Source: Abditibacteriaceae bacterium (GTDB lineage Bacteria; Armatimonadota; Abditibacteriia; Abditibacteriales; Abditibacteriaceae). Taken from it: a stretch of 33,480 bases of DNA. Below are positions 25,924 to 33,480 of the stretch, in pieces (the stretch's first letter is position 1; the number at the start of each line of letters is the position of its first letter). The notes beneath the pieces were generated by a model that did no database searches, was not told where the DNA came from, and saw only the letters and a list, made by a program, of their open reading frames with translations. Location: assembly GCA_031372065.1 (NCBI GenBank), contig JANMKN010000298.1, positions 1 to 33,480 on the forward strand, written 5' to 3'. The translations under genes and the position numbers were made by a program.

Positions 25924-28900
25924 GTGATTGCCATTCTTTCGCATGACGCTTCCACCAAACGCCGTCCGGTAAATTCCGCGCAGGCCATAGAAGCTAACAA
26001 CCAGAACAGTCGACGCGGGCGAAAAAACGTGTTGATGATCGCATCTTCATCGTTGCTACTACCACTGGCGGCGGTGGTGATTACGGGGGCCCAGGCTGCG
26101 CCGGAAAGACCTGCCTCAGCCCGTGTTCGCCTCAAAGCGTCGTCTATCTCCAAAGCGCGCCTTCCAATCGCAGCGCTGGCTGCATTGGCCCGTGCGCGTC
26201 GCTTGATGACACCTGAAATGACACAAGCCGACGAGGGCAACATTCCCGCGATTGAAATCAGCTTGCAACACGCTATTGAACTGGCGCCGGAATGGGTGGA
26301 AGCGCGACGCGTTTTCGCTCGCTGGAAAACGGCGCGGCATCAATGGGACGCAGCAGCGAGCGGTTGGCGGACCGTGTTGGAACTGGCGCCGCGTGACCGT
26401 GAAGCCCAAAGCGAAATCCAAAACGCCACACGCCACGCCGCCGATATGCCTGTTCCGACTTTTGTGTTGGCCGCGCAGCCCTTGGTGCGCTTTGGACACG
26501 ATCTTAGCGGCGGGTTCAATGACGAATTATGGACGGTGGCGCAGTGGAATTATCATGCGCTCATCGAAACGCGCGTTTCCGCAAAAGTAGAAAAATTAGG
26601 CCTTCAGCCTTTGCCGCCATTGCCACCTCTGGGGCTAAAAGCAGTGGGTAAGGTAGTAGACACTGCTCAGGCGCTGGACAATTCGTCCAAAAAAGCACTG
26701 GAAGCGACGACTCCTGCCGAAACTCCGGTAGTTCCGGTCGTCCCCGGTGTTACGACCATCATTGTGCCCGAAGAAGATGGCATTCCTGTGACGCCGCCGA
26801 ATGCAACAGCCGATGGCGTAGCCATTGAATTGCCTGCCGCGCCGCAAAATGTGCCGATGGAAGCGCGTGTGGCCTTAGCGCGAGGTCGCCAACTGGCCGG
26901 ACTGATGGAAGCGTTGCCCGAAGCCGAAAATTGGGCCTTAACCGAATTGCAACGTGCTATAGAACTGGCGCCTCAGTGGGTGGAAGCGCAGCGCGAAATG
27001 GCACTGTGGCAAGAAGAACATGGCGATTGGAGCGCTGCCACGCAAAGCTGGGAAAAAGTCGCCGCCTTAGTGCCCAATGACGCACGGGTGCGGATGGCTT
27101 TGCAAAATGCGTTGGGCATGGTCGAAGCTCAAAACTTATGGGCCAATCGCTCGTTGGTGACGCTGGGCCACGATTCTTCCAACCCCGTCGGGCAGGGAGA
27201 CCGGCTCAGTGTAGTGGCTCTGGCTGCACCATTGCCCGCGCCCGACACCGATTTGAAAACTGCTTTTTCGCTGTTGCCACGTGTGAGTTTGGACGAAGCT
27301 GTCAAAGTGGAAGTGCAAGCGGCTGCCGTTGCTATCGGAAGTGCTGGTGACGAAAAAGTATTGCTGGCCCAAGCTCCTGTAGAACCACAAGCTCCCATAG
27401 CACCCACCGCGCCGACGCCACAGGTGCCAACATCGGAGGCACCAGAGCCTCCGCCTTCTCCTGCCGCTGATACCTTAATTCCTGTAGCCCCGGCTCCGGC
27501 TCTGCCAGAGGCAGCGGCACCAACGATTGATATCGGCACACCTGTCGTGGCAGGCACTGGCGCAGACAATCAACCACCTGTGGATTTGACGCCGGTTCCC
27601 ACTGTTCCCGCTTCGCCTCCGACCATAAACGGTTCGGCAGTCAACGTAAAAACCGTGTTGCCGGGCGCTGCTTCGTTGCCGAAACCAGTGACTAAGCCGA
27701 TGGTTAAGCCAAAGGCCAAGAAATCAGCCAAAAAGCCTGTCAAAACGGCAAAAAAGCCAGCAGTAAAATCGGTAAGCACCTCCAAAAAACGGGCGGCAGC
27801 CGCGTGGCCGTTTGTTAATCAGGCGGGCAAGGCGATGGCGGCTAAGAATTTCCCTGTCGCGCTGGCTAATTATCAAAAAGCCTATGCGCTTGACCCGAAA
27901 AATCCCTATTCGCTCTTTGGCATTCCCAATGCGTTGATGATTCTCAAGCGCTATCCCGAAGCCATTGTGGGATTCAAGCGCTTTTTGGCGTCTTATCCTA
28001 ATCATTCCAGAGCTTTGCGCGGTTTGGCCGATTCGTATACGTTTAGCGGCCAATTCGAAGAATCTGCCGCTTTAAATGGGCAGATTGTGGCGGGCAATCC
28101 CAAGGATTCGGGAGCGGCGCTACAAGCGGCTCAAGTGCTGGCGTGGTCGAAAAAATACCCGGACTCAGGCCGTTTTTATCGTATGGTGTTGGCGGTGCAG
28201 CCGAACAACGGCGATGTGTGGACGGAATATGCCGAAACGCTGTCTTATGCCAAAGACGAGCGCGCTCGCGAGGCCTTTGTCCGCGCTTTAGAAATCAAAC
28301 CGCAATCGCACCGCGCCATGTTGGGCTTGGCGAATTTGCTGTCATGGAATGGCAATTACGCGGAGGCTGTGCCGTATTACGGTGAAGTCTTGAAAGCCGA
28401 CCCGAACAATCTCAAAGCGCGCATTGCTTTGGCCGATGCGCTGACGTTTTCCAGCCGCGCGCCAATGGCGATTAACGAATACGAAACGGCTTTGAAATTG
28501 GCGCCCGATTCGCCCGAAGCGCGCCTCGGTTTGGGCCGCGCTTTGACACTTGCCAAGCGCAACGACGAAGCCATCGCGTTGCTTTCGCCTCTGGTCAAAG
28601 AACAGCCGACCAACACCGAAGCCTTAGAAATGCTGGCGGTAGCGCAAATTGCCCAGCAACCCGGTGCTTCAGTAGCGACTTTCGAAAGTCTGCTGAAATT
28701 ACAAGATCAACCGGCAACACGGGCCGCGACGCTGGCTAATATCGGCGATTTACGCGTGAAGTTGAACCAACCCGACGAAGCGCGGGCCGCCTATGACGAA
28801 GCCGTAAAATTGGCGCCCTTGGACAACAAAATCGCGCTGTCTTACACGCGCGCTTTGATGCGCAGCGAACTTTACGCTGAAGCCGAGCCGTTGCTTGCCG

Positions 28901-29889
28901 GTGTTTTGCAGCGCGACCCTGCCAATCAAGCGGGTTTACTGTTGCAGGCTACAATGGCGGCGCGCATGGGGCAAAACGAACGCGCGGCGGCGCTCACCGA
29001 ACAGTTGCAGGCAATGCCTGTGGATGTCAGCGACGATGCGTTGAATTTGTTCTATGCCTTGCGTGGTTCGGGCAATTCCGCTTCGGCCAATCGTTTGTTG
29101 GCACAGTTGGCCGAAGTAGGCAGTGTCACACCAGAAAATCTGATCAAAGTCGCCAATGCCGTGCGCGATACCGGTCAGGAAGAAGCCTCTTACGCGCTTT
29201 ATCAACGTGTGTTGCAAGCCGATCCCGAAAACGTGGAAGCGCACCTCGAACTGGCCGAGGCCTATATGCGCCGCAAGGAATTCGATACTGCGCAAAGGGA
29301 AGTTGACGCCGTTTTAACGCATCAGCCGGGTAATGTGCAAGCCAAAGTGATGGGCGCGACCTTAGCTTTGCGTCGTGCGCATAACGATTCCACCTACGAA
29401 AATGCGACGATTGTTGCCAAAGAAGCCTTGGCAAAAGACCCGAAGAATATTCCCGCGCGGATGTTAGTGGGAGAAGTTTCATCTACGCGTTCAGACTTCG
29501 CACAGGCTGTGGAAAATTATCGGGTTGTGCTGGAAATTCAGCCGACCAACTTGCAAGCGAGGCTCGGCTTGGCGCGCAACCTGTATTATCTTAAGCAGGT
29601 AGATGATAGCATCAAAGAGTATCAATTGCTGATTCAACAAGCGCCGGATGATGCCATCGTTAAGTTGGAACTGGCGCAGCTTTTTCTGGATCGCAACCGC
29701 TTGGATGAAGCTCAACGCTTGTTTGTGACCGTTCTGAAAGCAGCGAATTATCCGTTGCCCGAAGGCGTGGCCCAACTCGCACGTCTTGTGCCGGGAAGCG
29801 GCGACATCGTTTCGGCAGGGACAGAGCGCGCCTTGCGCGAATTCGCCGTGCAGCAAAAGAATCGTCAAACAAACAAAACCGGTGGCTAA
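25924..29889 (+). CDS. Giant exported TPR protein with Pro-rich and Lys-rich linkers
   Basis: 1321 aa; many A...Y..AL...P.N..A...LA repeats; N-terminal hydrophobic stretch ending in AQA; start uncertain. Confidence 0.85.
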   Translation: MIAILSHDASTKRRPVNSAQAIEANNQNSRRGRKNVLMIASSSLLLPLAAVVITGAQAAPERPASARVRLKASSISKARLPIAALAALARARRLMTPEMTQADEGNIPAIEISLQHAIELAPEWVEARRVFARWKTARHQWDAAASGWRTVLELAPRDREAQSEIQNATRHAADMPVPTFVLAAQPLVRFGHDLSGGFNDELWTVAQWNYHALIETRVSAKVEKLGLQPLPPLPPLGLKAVGKVVDTAQALDNSSKKALEATTPAETPVVPVVPGVTTIIVPEEDGIPVTPPNATADGVAIELPAAPQNVPMEARVALARGRQLAGLMEALPEAENWALTELQRAIELAPQWVEAQREMALWQEEHGDWSAATQSWEKVAALVPNDARVRMALQNALGMVEAQNLWANRSLVTLGHDSSNPVGQGDRLSVVALAAPLPAPDTDLKTAFSLLPRVSLDEAVKVEVQAAAVAIGSAGDEKVLLAQAPVEPQAPIAPTAPTPQVPTSEAPEPPPSPAADTLIPVAPAPALPEAAAPTIDIGTPVVAGTGADNQPPVDLTPVPTVPASPPTINGSAVNVKTVLPGAASLPKPVTKPMVKPKAKKSAKKPVKTAKKPAVKSVSTSKKRAAAAWPFVNQAGKAMAAKNFPVALANYQKAYALDPKNPYSLFGIPNALMILKRYPEAIVGFKRFLASYPNHSRALRGLADSYTFSGQFEESAALNGQIVAGNPKDSGAALQAAQVLAWSKKYPDSGRFYRMVLAVQPNNGDVWTEYAETLSYAKDERAREAFVRALEIKPQSHRAMLGLANLLSWNGNYAEAVPYYGEVLKADPNNLKARIALADALTFSSRAPMAINEYETALKLAPDSPEARLGLGRALTLAKRNDEAIALLSPLVKEQPTNTEALEMLAVAQIAQQPGASVATFESLLKLQDQPATRAATLANIGDLRVKLNQPDEARAAYDEAVKLAPLDNKIALSYTRALMRSELYAEAEPLLAGVLQRDPANQAGLLLQATMAARMGQNERAAALTEQLQAMPVDVSDDALNLFYALRGSGNSASANRLLAQLAEVGSVTPENLIKVANAVRDTGQEEASYALYQRVLQADPENVEAHLELAEAYMRRKEFDTAQREVDAVLTHQPGNVQAKVMGATLALRRAHNDSTYENATIVAKEALAKDPKNIPARMLVGEVSSTRSDFAQAVENYRVVLEIQPTNLQARLGLARNLYYLKQVDDSIKEYQLLIQQAPDDAIVKLELAQLFLDRNRLDEAQRLFVTVLKAANYPLPEGVAQLARLVPGSGDIVSAGTERALREFAVQQKNRQTNKTGG

Positions 29890-29919
29890 AGCGATAGCTA
29901 AAGCGGCATCGCAAGATTT

Positions 29920-32900
29920 ATGGAAATAGTGACTTTAACGGGCATAAAACGCATTGAACCGCAGAAGTTTTTAAGGAGCACCACGAACCACATGCAAAGC
30001 ACGAACACCACGGCGCCTACAAAGGCGCACAATCAAGACGGTAAAGTGCTGCATTGTATCTGGAGCCGCAGCCTGCGTGGAAGCCTGAAACAAGGCCAAC
30101 GCCAGACGGCGCGCTGTATTTTGCTGGTCGTCACTGGCGCAACACTGGCATGGCCGATGGCCGATGCTTTTGCCAGCCCGTCTCGCAAAGCTGCGGCGAA
30201 AAGTGCCAAGCGCAGCAAGAAAAAGCAGACAATGCGCAAAACTCTGGCGAAAAGACCAATCGCCAAAGTTAGCGCGCAGACGCGCTATATGCAAGTGGGC
30301 GGCGTTCTGGCGCGTCCCGGCGAGAATCCCGCTGTTTTGCAAGTGCAAACTTCAGCGATTCCCACTGCTACCAATGTGACGGTGGCGTCCACTGTTATCG
30401 CTCAGGCACCTACAGAAGTTCCCACCGCGCCTGTTGCCCTCGCGCCCATAGCGCCAGAGCCTGTATCGCCCACACCGGTCGCACCGGCACCAGTCGCACC
30501 AGATGCTGGCGTATTGCCAGTTGTGCCTGTCGCGCCGATAGTTCCAGAAACGCCAGTTGTCATCGTCGTTCCGGTGACACCGGGCACGCCTGTGGTGCCT
30601 GCAACAGGAGAAAATTCGGCGGTGCCTGAAGCCAATTTGTCGGCGCCCGAAGCGGTAGGCAATCAAGCCGAAGCGTTGCGCGGTTTGGGCGAAATCCGGC
30701 GGCGCCAGCAGCGTTACGATGAAGCGGTGGACTTTTTCCGGCGCGCCTCGCTGCTTGATCCGGGCGATATTAAAGCGCGCGTGGGCCTTTCTCAATCGCT
30801 GCGTGGCCTGAAAAATTATCAGGAAGCCTTGGTTGAATCGGAAAAGGCTTTGGCGCTTGACCCCAATAATTTAGCGGCGCGCGTCATTCACGCACAGTTG
30901 CTGGGCGATAACAATCGTCCCGATGACGCCGCCAAGGAATTGGATGCGTTGGTTGCCTCGCTGCCGGAGAAGCCTTTGCCCGAAACGTATGCGGCTTTGG
31001 CGCAAGCGTTTGTCGGCTTGCACAACTACGATGCGGCGCTGCAAATTTTAGGGCGCGGGCATCAGGATTATCCAACCGATGCCTTTATCTCGCGCAATTT
31101 GGCCGAGACACTGACGTATTCCAAGCGTTGGGATGAAGCCATCACCGCGTGGGACGCTCTGATTGCCGTTGATGCGCAAGATGCCGATTCGTATTTAGGC
31201 AAGGCGCGGGTTTACAATTATTCATCGCGCGAAGATCAAGCCGAGCCACTTTACCGCCGCGTGCTGGAAATTGAGCCGGATAATTATCAGGCGCGCGTTG
31301 AATTGGCGGACATTGTCGGGCGTCGTGGCAACTGGCCCGAAGCGATTACGCTTTATCAGGCGGCGTTGGAGAAAAATCAAGGCGATTTGCCAACCCGCGT
31401 CGAACTGTCGCGCGTGCTGCGTTACAGCGGGCGCTATGCGGAAGCCGAGCAGGAACTCAATAAGGTTTTGGAAACCGACGCGAAATTCGCCCCGGCGCTG
31501 ACCGAACGCGGCATTTTGCGCGGCCAGAACAAGAAATACGATCTGGCGATTGCCGATTTGCAAAAAGCTCTTGAACTGACACCCAATGATGTTTATGCGC
31601 AGTTTGGACTGGCCGAAGTGCTGGGCTACAACAAAAAATACGACGAAAGCATCGCGCTTTATCGCAAGGCGCTGGCCCAAGAGCCGGACAACCAGAAAGG
31701 TCGCGTGCAACTTGGTTTGGTGTTGTCGTATGCCAGTCGTGGCGAAGAGGCTCTCAAAGAATTTGAGACAGTTTTAGCCGCCAATCCAGCCAACGTCAGC
31801 GCGCAAATCGGCAAGGCTGACACGCTGGCGCGCTTGCAACGCTATCCCGAAAGCATCGCGCTTTACGAAAGCATTTTAAAAACTGACCCGCAGAATCGCC
31901 GCGCCAACGCGGGGCTTGCGGAAGCCTACATTTACGCGAAGCAATATACGAAGGCGCTGGCGATTTACGACAGGTTGGTGGTGGCTGACCCGAATGATAT
32001 CAATTTGGCAGTTGACCGGGGCCGCGCTTATGGCTATGCCGGAATGCATCACGAAGCTGTGAAGGCGCTGCGCCCGATTGTCGTTGCACACCCGGAAAAC
32101 CTTGACGCGCAGTTGTATTTGGCTGCTGCCTTGGCCGATTCCGGTGAGCGCGCGTTGCGCGAAGAAGCAATTGGGCACTACAAGGCTGTAATCGCGGCTG
32201 ATCCGAACAACTGGGACGCGCATTTAGGTTTGGGGCGTGTGTTGAGTTATCAAGGGCGCACTCGCGAAGCCGAGGTTGAACTGCGCCGTGTGATTGCGGC
32301 CCGTCCGAATGATCCCAATGCGTATTATTCTTTGGGTGAAGCCGTGCGCTATGCGAAGCCGTTTGACGCCAAAGACTATTATGAAAAGGCGCTGAAACTG
32401 GGCGCTACAGGCTACAACGCCAATCGTGCCTCGCTTGCGCTACGCGAACTGCGTCGTGAGACGCATCCTTCGCTGGAATTGTCGTATCGCCGTTACACCG
32501 ACACCAATGGCGTTCGCTTGACCGAATATGGTGGTGGCCCCACCTTCCGCACCCGCGCGGGCACCATTGGCGCGTTTTATCACACCGGCACTTACAAAGA
32601 TGATGGTGTTTCGCAGTCGCGCCGCACTATGAGCCTCTTGCTGGCGCGCAAATTCGGTGGCATCAGCGCGCGTTTGATGTTGCATCGCGTGGCTTATGGC
32701 ACTGCGCCGGATCGCTCGCTCTTTGATTTGATGTTGGAAAAAGCGCGCGGTGACCGCAAGCGTTTCTGGGCCAATATTGGACGCGATGAAGTCATCGAAT
32801 CGCTCGGTGCCACCAACGCGGGCATCACGCGGCAGGTTTATCGCGCGGGTGTCGAATGGCCGTTAGCTGCTCATGTTGATCTTGATTTGGAAGGGCGCTA

Positions 32901-33309
32901 CTTCCGTTATTCTGATGGCAACAACCGCACCACGTTGCGGCCTTCGATTTATTATCGCTTGAAGCGCACTTCGCCCACGCTGCGCATCGGTTTGGGTTAT
33001 GTGCGCGATAATACGAAGTTTCTTTCGCCGATTCCCACGCCGTATTATGCGCCGCAGGATTACAGCACCTTCGTGGCGCTGGCCGATTATGTGAAAACCA
33101 TCGGACGCACGCAATACGGCGTGTTCTTGGCGCATCCTCTGAGCAACAGCACAGGAAGCGGCGGCGTGAATCGTCCGGCAGACACCTTGTTTGGTTTCCT
33201 CAGTCACGACCTCAATGAGGACTTGCAATTGTTCATCAATGGCGGCATCGTGCGTGGCCCGAACTTCGATTCCGACGATATTACCGGTGGCCTGCGTTAT
33301 TGGTTCTAA
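29920..33309 (+). CDS. TPR plus C-terminal outer-membrane beta-barrel protein (BcsC/PgaA/PelB-like exporter)
   Basis: Long TPR run, then ~280 aa of alternating beta-strand pattern ending GGLRYWF (beta-signal); start may be ATG 29992 (AAGGAG upstream). Confidence 0.82.
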   Translation: MEIVTLTGIKRIEPQKFLRSTTNHMQSTNTTAPTKAHNQDGKVLHCIWSRSLRGSLKQGQRQTARCILLVVTGATLAWPMADAFASPSRKAAAKSAKRSKKKQTMRKTLAKRPIAKVSAQTRYMQVGGVLARPGENPAVLQVQTSAIPTATNVTVASTVIAQAPTEVPTAPVALAPIAPEPVSPTPVAPAPVAPDAGVLPVVPVAPIVPETPVVIVVPVTPGTPVVPATGENSAVPEANLSAPEAVGNQAEALRGLGEIRRRQQRYDEAVDFFRRASLLDPGDIKARVGLSQSLRGLKNYQEALVESEKALALDPNNLAARVIHAQLLGDNNRPDDAAKELDALVASLPEKPLPETYAALAQAFVGLHNYDAALQILGRGHQDYPTDAFISRNLAETLTYSKRWDEAITAWDALIAVDAQDADSYLGKARVYNYSSREDQAEPLYRRVLEIEPDNYQARVELADIVGRRGNWPEAITLYQAALEKNQGDLPTRVELSRVLRYSGRYAEAEQELNKVLETDAKFAPALTERGILRGQNKKYDLAIADLQKALELTPNDVYAQFGLAEVLGYNKKYDESIALYRKALAQEPDNQKGRVQLGLVLSYASRGEEALKEFETVLAANPANVSAQIGKADTLARLQRYPESIALYESILKTDPQNRRANAGLAEAYIYAKQYTKALAIYDRLVVADPNDINLAVDRGRAYGYAGMHHEAVKALRPIVVAHPENLDAQLYLAAALADSGERALREEAIGHYKAVIAADPNNWDAHLGLGRVLSYQGRTREAEVELRRVIAARPNDPNAYYSLGEAVRYAKPFDAKDYYEKALKLGATGYNANRASLALRELRRETHPSLELSYRRYTDTNGVRLTEYGGGPTFRTRAGTIGAFYHTGTYKDDGVSQSRRTMSLLLARKFGGISARLMLHRVAYGTAPDRSLFDLMLEKARGDRKRFWANIGRDEVIESLGATNAGITRQVYRAGVEWPLAAHVDLDLEGRYFRYSDGNNRTTLRPSIYYRLKRTSPTLRIGLGYVRDNTKFLSPIPTPYYAPQDYSTFVALADYVKTIGRTQYGVFLAHPLSNSTGSGGVNRPADTLFGFLSHDLNEDLQLFINGGIVRGPNFDSDDITGGLRYWF

Positions 33310-33320
33310 ACAAACCGAAC

Positions 33321-33362
33321 GCAAAAACGGCGTGCGAGAATTCTCTCGCACGCCGTTTTTGC
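33321..33362 (+). terminator. Intrinsic (probably bidirectional) terminator of the EPS operon
   Basis: 19-bp stem GCAAAAACGGCGTGCGAGA / TCTCGCACGCCGTTTTTGC followed by TTTT. Confidence 0.88.
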
Positions 33363-33437
33363 TTTTGACGTGAAACACTTGGTTTCGCAGCGCCCGTTAC
33401 AGGCTATAATACTTAAAGAGCGACTGCGTCGCTCGCT

Positions 33438-33480
33438 CCCCTCACCCGACCTCTCCCCCGAACGCTACGCTGGGGAGAGG
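33438..33480 (+). repeat. REP-like CCCCTCACCC..CCTCTCCCC..GGGGAGAGG palindromic element, at the window edge
   Basis: Stem CCTCTCCCC (33450-33458) / GGGGAGAGG (33472-33480) with a CCCCTCACCC leader. Confidence 0.6.

Noticed and set aside
33365..33410. TTGACG plus TATAAT as a sigma70 promoter pair
   Set aside because: Spacing is 34 bp; TATAAT may still serve a downstream gene outside the window
1..33480. tRNA/rRNA genes, transposases, integrases, prophage genes
   Set aside because: None recognisable by eye or in the ORF track

Overview
Bacterial chromosomal window of moderate GC; gene style and the DUF6785-type membrane proteins suggest an Armatimonadota/Abditibacteriota-like organism (inference). 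Left to right: (1) a + strand operon with an M32 carboxypeptidase, a BON lipoprotein, two tandem paralogous OPT-like (DUF6785/6784-type) membrane proteins, a secreted hypothetical protein, a RimJ-type GNAT, a c-type heme protein and a small membrane ORF; (2) a - strand operon with a duplicated ABC-2 permease, a NAGPA-like protein, a secreted nucleoside hydrolase-like protein and a sulfatase; (3) a class III aminotransferase plus SRPBCC pair; (4) a 1.6 kb accessory patch (16.5-18.1 kb) holding a decayed integron gene cassette present in two reciprocally deleted copies, an attC-like site, DUF3465 and a zinc-ribbon gene, with no integrase; (5) nucleotide salvage genes dgt, upp and cdd with a GNAT and a frameshifted DMT gene; (6) an 11 kb three-gene synthase-dependent exopolysaccharide locus: a BcsA-like GT2 synthase with no recognisable PilZ but fused to a ~520-aa extracytoplasmic domain, a giant barrel-less TPR protein, and a TPR plus beta-barrel export protein. 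The best novelty candidates are the EPS locus, the reciprocally deleted cassette pair and the OPT-like/M32 operon. All family calls come from motif recognition, not database searches.
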